Of a DNA stretch of 57,976 nucleotides, positions 27,901 to 36,272 are shown piece after piece (position 1 is the first letter of the stretch; each line of letters begins with the position of its first letter). Source of the DNA: Pseudomonadota bacterium (GTDB lineage: Bacteria > Myxococcota_A > UBA9042 > GCA-2863065); contig CANMLD010000005.1 in assembly GCA_947498315.1 (NCBI GenBank), forward strand, positions 1 to 57,976, in the 5' to 3' direction. The notes under the pieces are model-generated. The model searched no databases. It worked only from the letters and a program-made list of their open reading frames with translations, and was not told the DNA's origin. A program made the position numbers and the translations under genes.

Positions 27901-30139
27901 GCACGACGGCCGATCCGATCTCACAGCCAAAGGACCGGAAGTCAGCGACGTCGACCGTCGTCCCGCCGAGCTTCAGGCGGACGAGGTCACCCGTGGGGTC
28001 GAGCTGAAGGCCGAGGTTGCAGGCAAAGTCGGCGAGGAGGCCGTCGGACGTGGCCGCACTACCGAGCGAGATGACGGCGTAATCGCCGCCCGCAACGAGC
28101 GGCGATGTCACGATGGCGCAATCGCCGAGTGCGATCGATTGCCCGGTCTCGCGCTCGATGGCGGCGCCAGCCGCGACGAGGTCGATAGCAGCACCCGTTC
28201 GATTGTAGACTTCGATCCATTGCTCGCCGAAGCCGCCTTCCGTGAGTCGAGTTACGTGCAGCTCGCTGATGGCCAGCACGCCTGCTTCGACCTGACAGAG
28301 GCTGTCACAACCATCACCGGCCCCCGTTCCATTGTCGTCGCACTCTTCGCCCGCCGTGACGGCGCCGTCGCCGCACTCCGAGCAGGCGATCTCATCGTCG
28401 TCGTCGAAGCCGTCGCAGTCCTGGTCGCCAAAGACATCGCAGGCTTCCGCAGCCGACGGGCTCGTTAGCGCGTCATCGTCGTCACAGTCGGTGAGCGCTT
28501 GAGGACAGGCCGAGACGAAGACGCTGCCGACCGCGCTCGACCCGAAGCCATCACTGTCGGCGTCGACGCAACGGTCACAGGTCGGTACCGCCGAGTTCTC
28601 AAAGTCGCCGTCCGTGTCGATGTCGCTGCCAACGGAGACGAACCCGACGAAGAGGCCACGACCGGTGCCGCCCGCCTCGGACGTCACGGTGTCGTAGAAG
28701 ATCGTGACCGACACGGTCTTGCCTGCCGACCCTGGCGGGAGCGGGATAGCGACGACCTTCGTCGCGAGGGCGGGGCCGTCTACGTCGGTCTTGAAGGCGA
28801 TGAGCCCCGGAGCGGCGCTGGCGAAGCACTGGGACGCCAGGGTGTTAAAGCACACGCCGAAGACGTCGCGACCGGGCGTCGCTTCGCCATCGAGGCGATA
28901 GTCGATGACCAGAGTTGGTGAGGGTAACCCCGCCGGGATGACGAAGGACCGCGTGAGGGTGGCGCGAACCGAGGTCGCACCTGGCGCGCTTTGCTTGTCT
29001 GCCACCTTGCCGGTGAGCGCCGTCCACCATCCACGCTCGCCCGGGTTCCCTTCGCCGTACTCGAAGACCCGCGTCGCGCCGCTGCCGTCGGGATCGTTGT
29101 CCGCGGCCACAAAGGCCGAGCCTCCGCGGTTGAGAGTGAGCACGGTCGCGCAAGGTTCAGCGCAAGCGGCCTCGGTGGTGCAGGTCGCGTCGGCGCAGTC
29201 CACGAGGCCATCTTGATTGTCGTCGACGCCATTGGCGCAGTCCTCGATGCCGCAGGAGCCGACGTCGAGGGCGTTGAAGAGGCCATCGCAGTCTTCGTCG
29301 CCCGCTTCGGCACAACGCTCTTGTGCGGCCGGGTTCGTGAGCGCGTCGGTGTCGTCGCAGTCAGGCCCCGATGCGCCACAACTGCCACCAAGCCCGGGGC
29401 TCGCTGGGTCGAGGAATCCGTCGAGGTCGGCGTCCCAGCAGGCATCGCAGACGCCGGCCGCCGCCTCCGACGCACCATCACGGTCAACGTCAGACGCGAC
29501 CGTGAGCCCGCGCACGAGGAGGCCTGGCCGAGCGCCGCCCGTGGTCCCATTGCTGTCGAGGCCAATTGAGAGCGTGACCGTCTGCCCGGCGAACGCGGCG
29601 AGATCGATGAACGCATGGTCGAAGGTGCCGTCGTTGTAGGCTGGACTCGGCAACGCCGGGTTCTGGCCAGGTACGGTGTTGCCGCTGGTCGAGAGGAGGA
29701 GGCTCGCCGAGGCGACCTTACAGTCGCCGGCATTATTGGCGCACACCACCAGATAGTCTCGGAAGGGATTCGGGTCGCCCTGCAACGAGTAGACGAGCTC
29801 GAGCGTCGGGGCCGGCCCCTGAGAGAGCGGTGGGACGGCGACAGACCACTCGAAAGACTCCACCACCGGCGGCGACGCCGGGAGCGGTCCCACCATTCGC
29901 ACCACGGGGGTCGGCGTCGACTCATGAACGAACGCGGGCGGCAGCGCCAAGGGTCCGGGACCACTCGAGAAATTCAGCGCTTGCGTACACGGCCCACACC
30001 ACACGTCGGCGATGCAGGCCGTGTCGATGCAGTCGACCTGGTCATCGCCGTCGTCGTCGGTGCCGTTGGCGCAGTCTTCCGGGGCGGCCATGGCCAACGC
30101 CGGAGCGACCAGGAGAGCGAGGAGGAAGCGGGTCATCAT
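21911..30139 (-). CDS. Giant (2742 aa) surface protein 1, collinear paralogue of 13710-21914
   Basis: MMTRFLLALLVAPALAMA signal; same domain order; internal GDNVFGC...GLLAFGLFAAAMFWRRSRK; C-terminal LSLRRA...RGFG...RRVEV OmpA-like domain. Confidence 0.9.
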   Translation of the reverse strand: MMTRFLLALLVAPALAMAAPEDCANGTDDDGDDQVDCIDTACIADVWCGPCTQALNFSSGPGPLALPPAFVHESTPTPVVRMVGPLPASPPVVESFEWSVAVPPLSQGPAPTLELVYSLQGDPNPFRDYLVVCANNAGDCKVASASLLLSTSGNTVPGQNPALPSPAYNDGTFDHAFIDLAAFAGQTVTLSIGLDSNGTTGGARPGLLVRGLTVASDVDRDGASEAAAGVCDACWDADLDGFLDPASPGLGGSCGASGPDCDDTDALTNPAAQERCAEAGDEDCDGLFNALDVGSCGIEDCANGVDDNQDGLVDCADATCTTEAACAEPCATVLTLNRGGSAFVAADNDPDGSGATRVFEYGEGNPGERGWWTALTGKVADKQSAPGATSVRATLTRSFVIPAGLPSPTLVIDYRLDGEATPGRDVFGVCFNTLASQCFASAAPGLIAFKTDVDGPALATKVVAIPLPPGSAGKTVSVTIFYDTVTSEAGGTGRGLFVGFVSVGSDIDTDGDFENSAVPTCDRCVDADSDGFGSSAVGSVFVSACPQALTDCDDDDALTSPSAAEACDVFGDQDCDGFDDDDEIACSECGDGAVTAGEECDDNGTGAGDGCDSLCQVEAGVLAISELHVTRLTEGGFGEQWIEVYNRTGAAIDLVAAGAAIERETGQSIALGDCAIVTSPLVAGGDYAVISLGSAATSDGLLADFACNLGLQLDPTGDLVRLKLGGTTVDVADFRSFGCEIGSAVVLGTGRSLQRSNPGVDLSGATAWCMAAATASYATSGKHFGTPGSAATCAERACDGLDDDCDGTTDELLADGDGDGRCNQQDCDPVAATCTTDCVTDTDTDGTPDCKDGCLDADADGYGVKGGLAVSSCLGADCEDTLNFVNPGKTEGPGAAVCLNGVDDDCDAKPECTDTDCRTTPACAGEACGSPRVIACGGDVTLEPESNDFTCGAGADALFAFTAPSTGSVTLRIDNLGAQQYRAAVQSTTCTDLACGASTTTVETSCQVGGASSFPVTVGTTYFAVVDQVAACAGSGAAPVRVRLQCGELCTGGIDEDVDGLKDCADSDCVANAACANQDLDGDLATNGAEIICGTSPTSPFSTPSAADVANPDNDAFLSCVDPNDDNDPRTDAQEAGCAPGAQADATVYPGAPRQCGAAGVDADCNGAIDALEAACGSQESQCANEKDDDADGTIDCLDTDCLGSGACKSLDFDGDGVSNGFELACGISPQNPLQEPSPAEAADTDGDEVPNCADQDDDGDGAFDLVELACGSSPIVASQKPTDTDGDGQCDAVDPDDDDDGAPDLLEVNCATNTLSATETPTSPAFDLDSDGTCDARDLDIDQDGWENDVEETCGSDPADDESSPPADGLDGDSDGLCDALDSDDDGDGWNDDEEALCLTPGNDGDKFPSDIDQDGTCDLFDIDTDDDGWPDALEVQCSTSPLLASSNPTLSGADTDGDKLCDKVDADDDGDGWSDVAEGECATDPREPGEVPTDTDGDRLCDLRDDDDDDDGAYDTTELLCGTDPLDLTSIPADADVDGLCDPLDPDGDVDGDGWSNQDELACGTDAKKDSSTPVDTDSDLSCDALDLDDDGDSWSDLDEVACGTLPLASGSVPADVDSDDACDPLDLDDDGDGAVDLDELACGTNPKLSTDRPFEADLVDTDGDLALDCVDEDDDDDDVLDTAEVAYGSSTKLSDTDGDGLADGVENANRDGVKDLSETSAIIKDSDGDGLSDGLEASSCYADPCEATLGTAADTDGDGLQDGLEDADGDGETSEGETNPTVSDTDGDGDDDGEETLCGTSPTDPSSNPVDKDQSGICDGAEADTDGDGVADGVEQLCGTDPKKFTSVPSLASLEDSDIDDAIDCADADDDGDLVSDEDELECGTDPLLPVSTPTPDDTLDTDDDGVLDCADPDQDGDGLDADAEALWETDPKDADSDDDGLADGDEVERTTTDPNTADTDGDGVQDGTELGVTAGTSFTGEGFIADADPTSVSDPKNPDTDGDGLTDGVEDACSADAPGAAACEPANRHNGRVDPGEGNPLDAGDGLLDTDADGLIDREELAGTRNGQPNPTDPNDTDSDDDGLNDKLEVDVYGSDPNDTDTDDGGILDGPEVENGTDPNVASDDFSPSKVIGDNVFGCTTTDTGDLPIGGLLAFGLFAAAMFWRRSRKAGLALTVGVVGGFAPNARAQATGAMNVENFSPVGGRYRIFTVEEAPSGPKWQPYAHVLFHGERESFQVSTGNRTEVLVDTATYADINLGIGLFGFMQLDIGLPLALEMSSAPDVTAIAPIARTDGAGLGDLVMRLKGAAVDSTDGGYGLAFSLGLSFPTGDEDRFRGDPGVGVHLAIINELRSTYATLALNVGTRIRSAEATFLNGTYSHELTYGLGVDVGAWPSHVHLGFEVFGKTPLEDPFSSQESSGLEGMFGVRWWVVPNLAIEAGAAVGLVQGVGTPAFRFLTGVSWAPRESDGDGDGIDDAIDVCPLEAEDKDGYADLDGCPEADNDGDGVADADDQCPQRAEDMNGLKDDDGCPDSDVDGDGKLDVVDRCPDAPEDPDGYQDDDGCPEADNDGDGVLDGTDQCPVVAEPETAAVRDGCPDEIAGSGGAPPPEAADDPCGFAIAERVVFDRLSWSIDAEARNVIGVVAGKIKERMAVADAPPVVEVSVNGHTVNEGESVDTLALSLRRARAVRDALVSRGLPRVISPARGFGDQEILSDEGASRRVEVKLTFGGRCDQGGGVR

Positions 30140-31062
30140 CGCGTCACCACCGGGATGGAGGGCGCCCAGGAGACACCCGTCACGAAGCGGAACTCAGGGG
30201 TGCCGTAGCCCTGGATGAGACCGGTCCCGAGGCCGAGCTCGAGGGCCAGGCCATCGACGACCCACCAGCGGGGTCCGAGCATGATCTCGAGCGAGGTCGA
30301 CTCCAGAGACCCCATAAAGTCGGAGAACGGTGTACGGCCCGAGAGCTCGATGGCCAGCCCGAGGCGGCGGTCGAAGACCTCCACGAGGGTGCCGAGACCG
30401 AAGGTGAGCTCGCTGCCGAACTCAGCGGTATAGAAGGACGCGGATTCGAAGCGGATTCGGGTACCGACGTTCGCGCTGAGGCGGACGGTGCTCCACTGAT
30501 GGTCGAGGACGACGTTGGCAAGGAGACCAGCGCCAGGGTCACCTCGAAATTGGTCGCCGTCGCCGGTGGGGACGGTCGCGCCGAGGCTCAGGCCGACGCC
30601 AAAGCCGCCGCCTTTGGAGGAGAGCGGGGTGCCCCGGAGCCGGACGACCATGTCGCCGAGCCCGCCGCCCGACAGCGGCGAGACCGACGTGGTGTCAGGG
30701 TCGGACTCCATTGTCATCGCGACCGGGAGCCCGACGTCGAGGCTCATAAACCCCCAAAGTCCGACGCCGACGTTGATGTCGGCAAAGGTGTGGGTGTGGA
30801 CGACCCACTCGGTGTGGTCGCCCGCCGTGATGGAGAGGCTATTGCGTTCACCGTGAAAGAGCACGTGGCCGTAGGGTTCCCACGCGGGCCCGACGTCGGC
30901 CGAGCCCACGGCGAAGAGTCGGTAGCGCCCGGAGGCCGGTGTGAAGTTGACTGCATTGACGTTCGGCGTGATCGCAGCCGCGACGTCGGGGAGCCACGAA
31001 AGCAACCCGATAGCCCAAAGGCAACGGGGAGCGGAGGCGAGAATCGATGAACGCACATGCAC
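30136..31062 (-). CDS. Stand-alone TraB-like outer-membrane beta-barrel protein (no TSP3 or OmpA), first gene of the giant-protein operon
   Basis: GTG 31062 with AGAGGG RBS; signal ending VAAA. NFTPASGRYR, WEPYGHVLFHGER, GLGDMVVRLRG and GYGTPEFRFVTGVSWAP are shared with the barrel regions of both giant proteins. Confidence 0.85.
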   Translation of the reverse strand: MHVRSSILASAPRCLWAIGLLSWLPDVAAAITPNVNAVNFTPASGRYRLFAVGSADVGPAWEPYGHVLFHGERNSLSITAGDHTEWVVHTHTFADINVGVGLWGFMSLDVGLPVAMTMESDPDTTSVSPLSGGGLGDMVVRLRGTPLSSKGGGFGVGLSLGATVPTGDGDQFRGDPGAGLLANVVLDHQWSTVRLSANVGTRIRFESASFYTAEFGSELTFGLGTLVEVFDRRLGLAIELSGRTPFSDFMGSLESTSLEIMLGPRWWVVDGLALELGLGTGLIQGYGTPEFRFVTGVSWAPSIPVVTR

Positions 31063-31201
31063 AGTACCCTCTAGGATCGCGGCTAGCGTGCTGAAGGTCA
31101 ACTGCTGTTCGGGCGGTAGTTCGGCCAAACGTCCCTAGTTGCGGCCTGGGGCGAGGCGCCGCGGCGTCTTTGGAGACTCGCCCGTGCGGGACATCGGTGC
31201 G

Positions 31202-33625
31202 TCAATCCGCTTCGGTGTCGCGGCGACGCGGGTCGGGCTGGGGTTCACCGTCGATCGGAAGGTCTACCGGCCGCACGTCCATCGAAGGGCCCAGCGCGCC
31301 GGTGTTCGGACGCGCCGCGCCCACGGTCCGCGATTCGTGGTCCGGGGTCTCCTGAACGGGAGACGCTGGCGGCGCCGACGAGGTACGGCGCGGCCCAAAG
31401 AGTTGGACGCGGTTACGGCCCGACTCCTTGGCCAAGTAGAGAGATGCATCGGCGCGACGGAGGACGTCTTCGATGGTCTTGCCGTGCTCCGGGGCGATGG
31501 CGACACCGATACTGCAGGTGACGTTGAACGTGTCACCGGTCCGGGACTGGAAGGTCAAGGAGGCAATGGCCTTACGGACCCGCTCCGCCACGAGGAGAGC
31601 CCCCTGATCACCCGTGTGCTCGAGGACGAGCACGAATTCTTCCCCGCCGACGCGTCCAGCGCTGTCCGTTAGGCGTTTGCTGTCGAGCAGAGTGGCACCG
31701 ACGCGCTTCAAGACCTCGTCCCCAACCGCATGCCCCCACGTGTCGTTGACCTTTTTGAAGTGATCGACGTCGAGCGCGAGCACGGCGAGAAATGTGTCCG
31801 TCCGTTGGCTGCGCTTCATGCTCTGTTCGAGACGCATCATGAGGGTGGCGCGGTTATCGATGCCAGTGAGTATGTCGGTCGTAGCGCGGGCTTCGAGGGC
31901 CACCATGGCCCCGACCTGGCGGACGGCGACGGCTGCTTGCCCGAGTACGGCGTCGAGCTGCCCGGCGACGTCGTCATCGACCTCGGCCTCGGCGACGATG
32001 AGCACGGCGCCGATAGTACCGAAGGGTCCTTTGAGCGGCATCGTGAAGGCGTGCGACCCGCTCGGGACACGCGGCCCGAGATGAGCACCGAGCAGCGGCC
32101 CATTGGCAGATGTCCATGTTCGGCCGGCGGGGATCGTGGTGCCATTCTTGATGCACAGCGCCACCGCCGACTCGGCGTTCGAGCCGTTCAGGACGATGCG
32201 GGCGCCGCTCAGAGCCGATAGATCGCTGCCACGAGTCGCTACGACCCTGGCACCATCGCCATCGTCGTCGACCACAACAAGCGCCGAGGCCGCGATGGGG
32301 TGCAGCTTGTCGAGCGCAGACAGGACGGCTTCATGCGTCGGCCTGAGCCCGGTCGCCGAGGCGAGGTCGCGAACCGCGGAGATTAAGGCTTCGGTCGACG
32401 CGAGGCGCATGGCCGCGTTCAGCGCGTCCCTCTCACGCTCGAGTGTTCGGGAGAGCGCTTCAGCGAAGTCCATCGCGAGGCTCGTGCTCGCCTCGTCGAA
32501 AGGGGCGCCGGCGGTGCGGTCGATGAAGAGGACCGCGTCGACGGCGCCGGTAGTGCGCCGAAGTGGGACGGCGACGGCGGATCGGACGCGCGCCGGCGTA
32601 CGCGTATAATACGGCAGCCCCGCCGCGCCAACGTCGTTCAGCCGTATCGCCTTGACGCTGTCGCCGTCGTCGGGGGTGCGCAGCGCCGCAGCTAAGATGC
32701 CGGTGTCAGACGGCACGGCGCCGTCAGTGAGGAAGTCCATGTCAGGTGACGCGGCCGCGAATACGCCGAAGGCGTCGTCTTGCTGCCGGACGAGTAGGAC
32801 CGCGCTGTGGGACGGCAGGGACTTTCGGGCGAGCCCGAGTGCGGCCGAACAGGCGTCGCGCGCAGCCTCGACACGCGCTTCAACGGTGTCGCTCTTGCTG
32901 CGAGTGGGCGTCTCAATGGCGCCGTTGCCGGTCTCCGGGTCGATGGACGACCCGAAGTAACGCCCCAATGAGCCAGGGGACGAGTGGGTTCGACTGGCGA
33001 CGCCAACACGTACCACTGCCCATCCGACCCAACCGAAGCCGCCGATGTAGATCCACTGAGCGACGAGATCTCGGAAGAAGCCGCGCCACGCTCCGAAGCC
33101 GAGCCACTGAGCCGTCGCGAGCGCCAACGCCGCCACGACGGCGATGGTTGCGGCTTGAGGCGAGATCCGTGCGGTGGCCGCGGAGACCACGAGGAGCCCA
33201 AGCGGGAAGACGAGGAGTGCGTCGGCACCGAAGGCCGAGGAAGCGAGCCAGATGCCAGCGAGGGGCAACGTCGCGAGCTCAGACGAGATGAACCACGATA
33301 GGGCTTTGGAAGAAGCGACACGACGAAGGCCAGACGCCGCGTCGGAAGAGGCAAGCCGCACGAGGCATGACAGTGCGATGAGGGCGTACATCAACGCGTG
33401 CAGCGCACCGAACGAGAAGGAGAGCTTCCCCGATGCGACGAGCAGCACTGACAAGGCGACGACAACGGTTCCCACTGGGAAGCCAACGACTCGCTTCACC
33501 CATGGAGTGCCCCCAAGGCGGACCATCATGGACTCGAAGGCAGTCGCAGCTGTCGGGGACGACGCGCGACCGCCAGACGACTTCGCGTGGGCGGCCCGGG
33601 GAGAATCAGGAGACGAAGAGGGCAT
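31202..33625 (-). CDS. Membrane-bound GAF-GAF-GGDEF diguanylate cyclase
   Basis: N-terminal TM helices; SAVAVPL...AVLFIDR (GAF); DILTGIDNR, DVDHFKKVNDTWGHAVGD, GRVGGEEF (intact active site). Start uncertain. Confidence 0.9.
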   Translation of the reverse strand: MPSSSPDSPRAAHAKSSGGRASSPTAATAFESMMVRLGGTPWVKRVVGFPVGTVVVALSVLLVASGKLSFSFGALHALMYALIALSCLVRLASSDAASGLRRVASSKALSWFISSELATLPLAGIWLASSAFGADALLVFPLGLLVVSAATARISPQAATIAVVAALALATAQWLGFGAWRGFFRDLVAQWIYIGGFGWVGWAVVRVGVASRTHSSPGSLGRYFGSSIDPETGNGAIETPTRSKSDTVEARVEAARDACSAALGLARKSLPSHSAVLLVRQQDDAFGVFAAASPDMDFLTDGAVPSDTGILAAALRTPDDGDSVKAIRLNDVGAAGLPYYTRTPARVRSAVAVPLRRTTGAVDAVLFIDRTAGAPFDEASTSLAMDFAEALSRTLERERDALNAAMRLASTEALISAVRDLASATGLRPTHEAVLSALDKLHPIAASALVVVDDDGDGARVVATRGSDLSALSGARIVLNGSNAESAVALCIKNGTTIPAGRTWTSANGPLLGAHLGPRVPSGSHAFTMPLKGPFGTIGAVLIVAEAEVDDDVAGQLDAVLGQAAVAVRQVGAMVALEARATTDILTGIDNRATLMMRLEQSMKRSQRTDTFLAVLALDVDHFKKVNDTWGHAVGDEVLKRVGATLLDSKRLTDSAGRVGGEEFVLVLEHTGDQGALLVAERVRKAIASLTFQSRTGDTFNVTCSIGVAIAPEHGKTIEDVLRRADASLYLAKESGRNRVQLFGPRRTSSAPPASPVQETPDHESRTVGAARPNTGALGPSMDVRPVDLPIDGEPQPDPRRRDTEAD

Positions 33626-33816
33626 GAAGTCCTCGATGGTCACAGCTACAACGAGTCACCCTAGGGTCGACGCTCGATCAGGGCTTCGTTGAGGGTCGGA
33701 CTGCCCGGCCACGCAGACGCAGGTGGGGGCACCTAACCCAATCGGCGTAGATACACAACATGCCTGGGGGGTTGAAGCTGGGCAAGGGCGCTCGCGACCC
33801 CTATCCTCCAGCCACG

Positions 33817-34506
33817 ATGCGCTGCCACCTCATCATCAGCCTGCTCTTTGGCTTGTTCGGCAATGCCGGATGCCAAGCCGACGCGGAGTGGGAGTCACCG
33901 TCGGTGGAGGCGGTGAACGAACGCATCGAGGCGGCCGCACGATTGCGCGTATCAACCGACGTGAGGCCACCCTTGGAAGCCCCTGTGGCCGTTCCTCGAG
34001 CAGAAGCACCACAAACGCCCCGCAAGGGTCGCCTCAAGGTCCCGCCTCCTCTCCCGCTGAGGCCCGCCAGCCCGAGCGTTCAGGTCGAAGCGACGGGGCC
34101 TTGCGTGGTGCTCGTCGATCGCGTGTGTGACCTCCTGAACCCATCTTCCGAAGAGTGTGGGGAAGCGCGTCGTCGGCTTCAGTCCACATACGCGCCATCG
34201 ATGGATCCGGCGTGCCAAGAGTCGCTCGACTTCGTTCGGGTGCAGATTGACGAGAACCTCCGCGTAAAGCCGTGCACCGTCCTTCAGGACCTCAGGTGCG
34301 CCAACTTCCGTTCGCGGTCGCCGCAATGCAGGACGGCCAGGAAAGCGGTAGTGCACTTGACCAAGAACCATCCAGAGAACTGCATCGCCGAGCTGCTCCT
34401 CAGTCGCGCCTTCGACCCACCTCTACCGCCTCCGGCGCAGCCGACTGGGAAGAAGTCGACTGGGAAAAAGCCGAGGAGCAGGGCGAAGGCGCCTTCATCA
34501 CTCTGA
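33817..34506 (+). CDS. Hypothetical lipoprotein with Cys-containing helical repeats
   Basis: MRCHLIISLLFGLFGNAGC signal; PCxxLxxxxC repeated twice. Confidence 0.65.
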   Translation: MRCHLIISLLFGLFGNAGCQADAEWESPSVEAVNERIEAAARLRVSTDVRPPLEAPVAVPRAEAPQTPRKGRLKVPPPLPLRPASPSVQVEATGPCVVLVDRVCDLLNPSSEECGEARRRLQSTYAPSMDPACQESLDFVRVQIDENLRVKPCTVLQDLRCANFRSRSPQCRTARKAVVHLTKNHPENCIAELLLSRAFDPPLPPPAQPTGKKSTGKKPRSRAKAPSSL

Positions 34507-34523
34507 GAGTTCAAGTCGCCGTA

Positions 34524-36104
34524 TCAGGCGAGGACGTCATACTCGTCCGCGGACTCATCACTCATGCGAGTCCGAAGTGACTTGATCTCCTCTTCGGAGA
34601 GGCGCATCGAGTCGGTGACCGCCAAGCTGCGTTTGAGACCCGTTCGCGGGTCGGCAGCCTCGACGACGAGGAGGCCGTTTTCATCGACGCGAAAGGTAAC
34701 GTCGACCCAAATTTGACCGGCTCGCGCGGGAGGCAGGTTCTCGAGGCGAAAGGTGCCGATGAGCCTGTTGTCGCGTACCTCAGGGTGATCACCCTGATAG
34801 ACCTTGATGAGGACCGAGTTCTGGAAATCGCGCACGGTGGAAAACCGTTCGGTTCGAGATGCTGGGATAGGCTGATTCCGACGCAGAATCGGAGAGAACT
34901 TGGGCCCCTCCGCGATTCCCAGGCTGAGCGGCAGCACATCGAGCAGGAGCACGTCGCTCGTGTGCCCTTCGAGCATCGCCGCCTGAATCGCAGCGCCGAC
35001 GGCGACGGCTTCGTCGGGGTTGACCCCCTTTCGGGCAGGCTTTTCGAAGAACTCCTCGATTCGCCTCTGGACAAAGGGGCTCTTGGTACTTCCACCGACG
35101 AGCAGAACGTCGTCGATGGCCGCAACGGTGATGCCCGCTTCTTCGACCGCCGTTCGGCAGCACGCGAGCGCCTGGTCGATGAGCGGCGCCATCAGTGACT
35201 CGAGCCGGGTCCGAGACAGGCTCGTCTTGAGGTGCTTGGGCCCCGACGCATCCACGGTGAGGAACGGGAGCATGATGTCCGTCTCCTGCATGGCGCTGAG
35301 CTCCACCTTGGCGCGCTCCGCCGCCTCCTTCAGGCGCTGCATCGCCACCGGTTCGTCGTTCAGCTCTACCCCCTCCACTCGGTAAAACGCCTCGCGAAGG
35401 TAGTCGACGATACATGCGTCGATGTCGTCACCTCCAAGGAACGTGTCGCCACAGGTCGCCATCACCCGGACCACGCCCGTCTGGCAGTCCAGGATTGAGC
35501 AGTCGAAGGTCCCGCCACCGAGGTCGAAGACAGCCACGACGCCGGTACGGCCGCGGCTCCAGGAGTACGCGAGCGCCGCCGACGTCGGCTCGCTGATGAC
35601 GCGAAGCACGTCGAGGCCGGCCACACGTCCGGCGTCATGCGTCGCCGCCCGCTGTGCGTCGTTGAAGTAGGCAGGGCATGTGATGACGGCGGCTGAACAA
35701 TCTTCGCCCAAGTACTCCTCGGCCGCTGCACGCACCTGGCGCAAGATCATGGCCGAGATCTCGACAGGCGACCGCGCCGATCCAGCGACGTCGATCTGCG
35801 CCTTGCCACCACTGTCGATACTGACGACGAAAGGCATCCGCTTCTGGGTCGCCTCAAAGAGCGGGGACGACTTTCCGAGCCCCATCAATCGCTTGACGGA
35901 GCGAATGGTGGCCGTGGGGTTGGTGACGGCCTGCCGCCTCGCCGTGTCGCCAACGAGGATGCGTCCGTCGGGCATGAACGCCACCACCGATGGTGTGGTT
36001 CGGCCGCCCTCCGCGTTCGGTACGACGACTGGCTTGCCCGCCTCAATGACGGCGACGCAGGTGTTGGAGGTCCCGAGGTCGATTCCCATTACACGCCGTG
36101 CCAT
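34524..36104 (-). CDS. Hsp70/DnaK paralogue lacking most of the C-terminal lid (about 526 aa)
   Basis: [50 protein letters not shown]; ends shortly after the SBD-beta. Confidence 0.92.
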   Translation of the reverse strand: MARRVMGIDLGTSNTCVAVIEAGKPVVVPNAEGGRTTPSVVAFMPDGRILVGDTARRQAVTNPTATIRSVKRLMGLGKSSPLFEATQKRMPFVVSIDSGGKAQIDVAGSARSPVEISAMILRQVRAAAEEYLGEDCSAAVITCPAYFNDAQRAATHDAGRVAGLDVLRVISEPTSAALAYSWSRGRTGVVAVFDLGGGTFDCSILDCQTGVVRVMATCGDTFLGGDDIDACIVDYLREAFYRVEGVELNDEPVAMQRLKEAAERAKVELSAMQETDIMLPFLTVDASGPKHLKTSLSRTRLESLMAPLIDQALACCRTAVEEAGITVAAIDDVLLVGGSTKSPFVQRRIEEFFEKPARKGVNPDEAVAVGAAIQAAMLEGHTSDVLLLDVLPLSLGIAEGPKFSPILRRNQPIPASRTERFSTVRDFQNSVLIKVYQGDHPEVRDNRLIGTFRLENLPPARAGQIWVDVTFRVDENGLLVVEAADPRTGLKRSLAVTDSMRLSEEEIKSLRTRMSDESADEYDVLA

Positions 36105-36272
36105 GCCTACAGAATCGTCGTTGGCACGAGCCACGTCAACTGATGAGCAACCCGCTCGTGCGAGGGGATAGCGCTCCCCCCTATCGACGGAGCCGACGAG
36201 CATGGCAAACTTCGGCAACGTCAGCGCGCGCAGCTTTGAGCGCCGCTGCTGCATGCACTCGCGGAGCTGTCG

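Noticed and set aside
14211-29569. Many long plus-strand ORFs (Val- or Ser-rich) over the giant genes
   Set aside because: Antisense shadows of GC-rich, Asp/Gly-repeat coding sequence, with no motifs of their own.
13710-30139. Both giant ORFs listed as exactly 2742 aa
   Set aside because: Coincidence of ORF calling. The likely start of the downstream gene is ATG 21914 (about 2734 aa), and the proteins differ by many indels.
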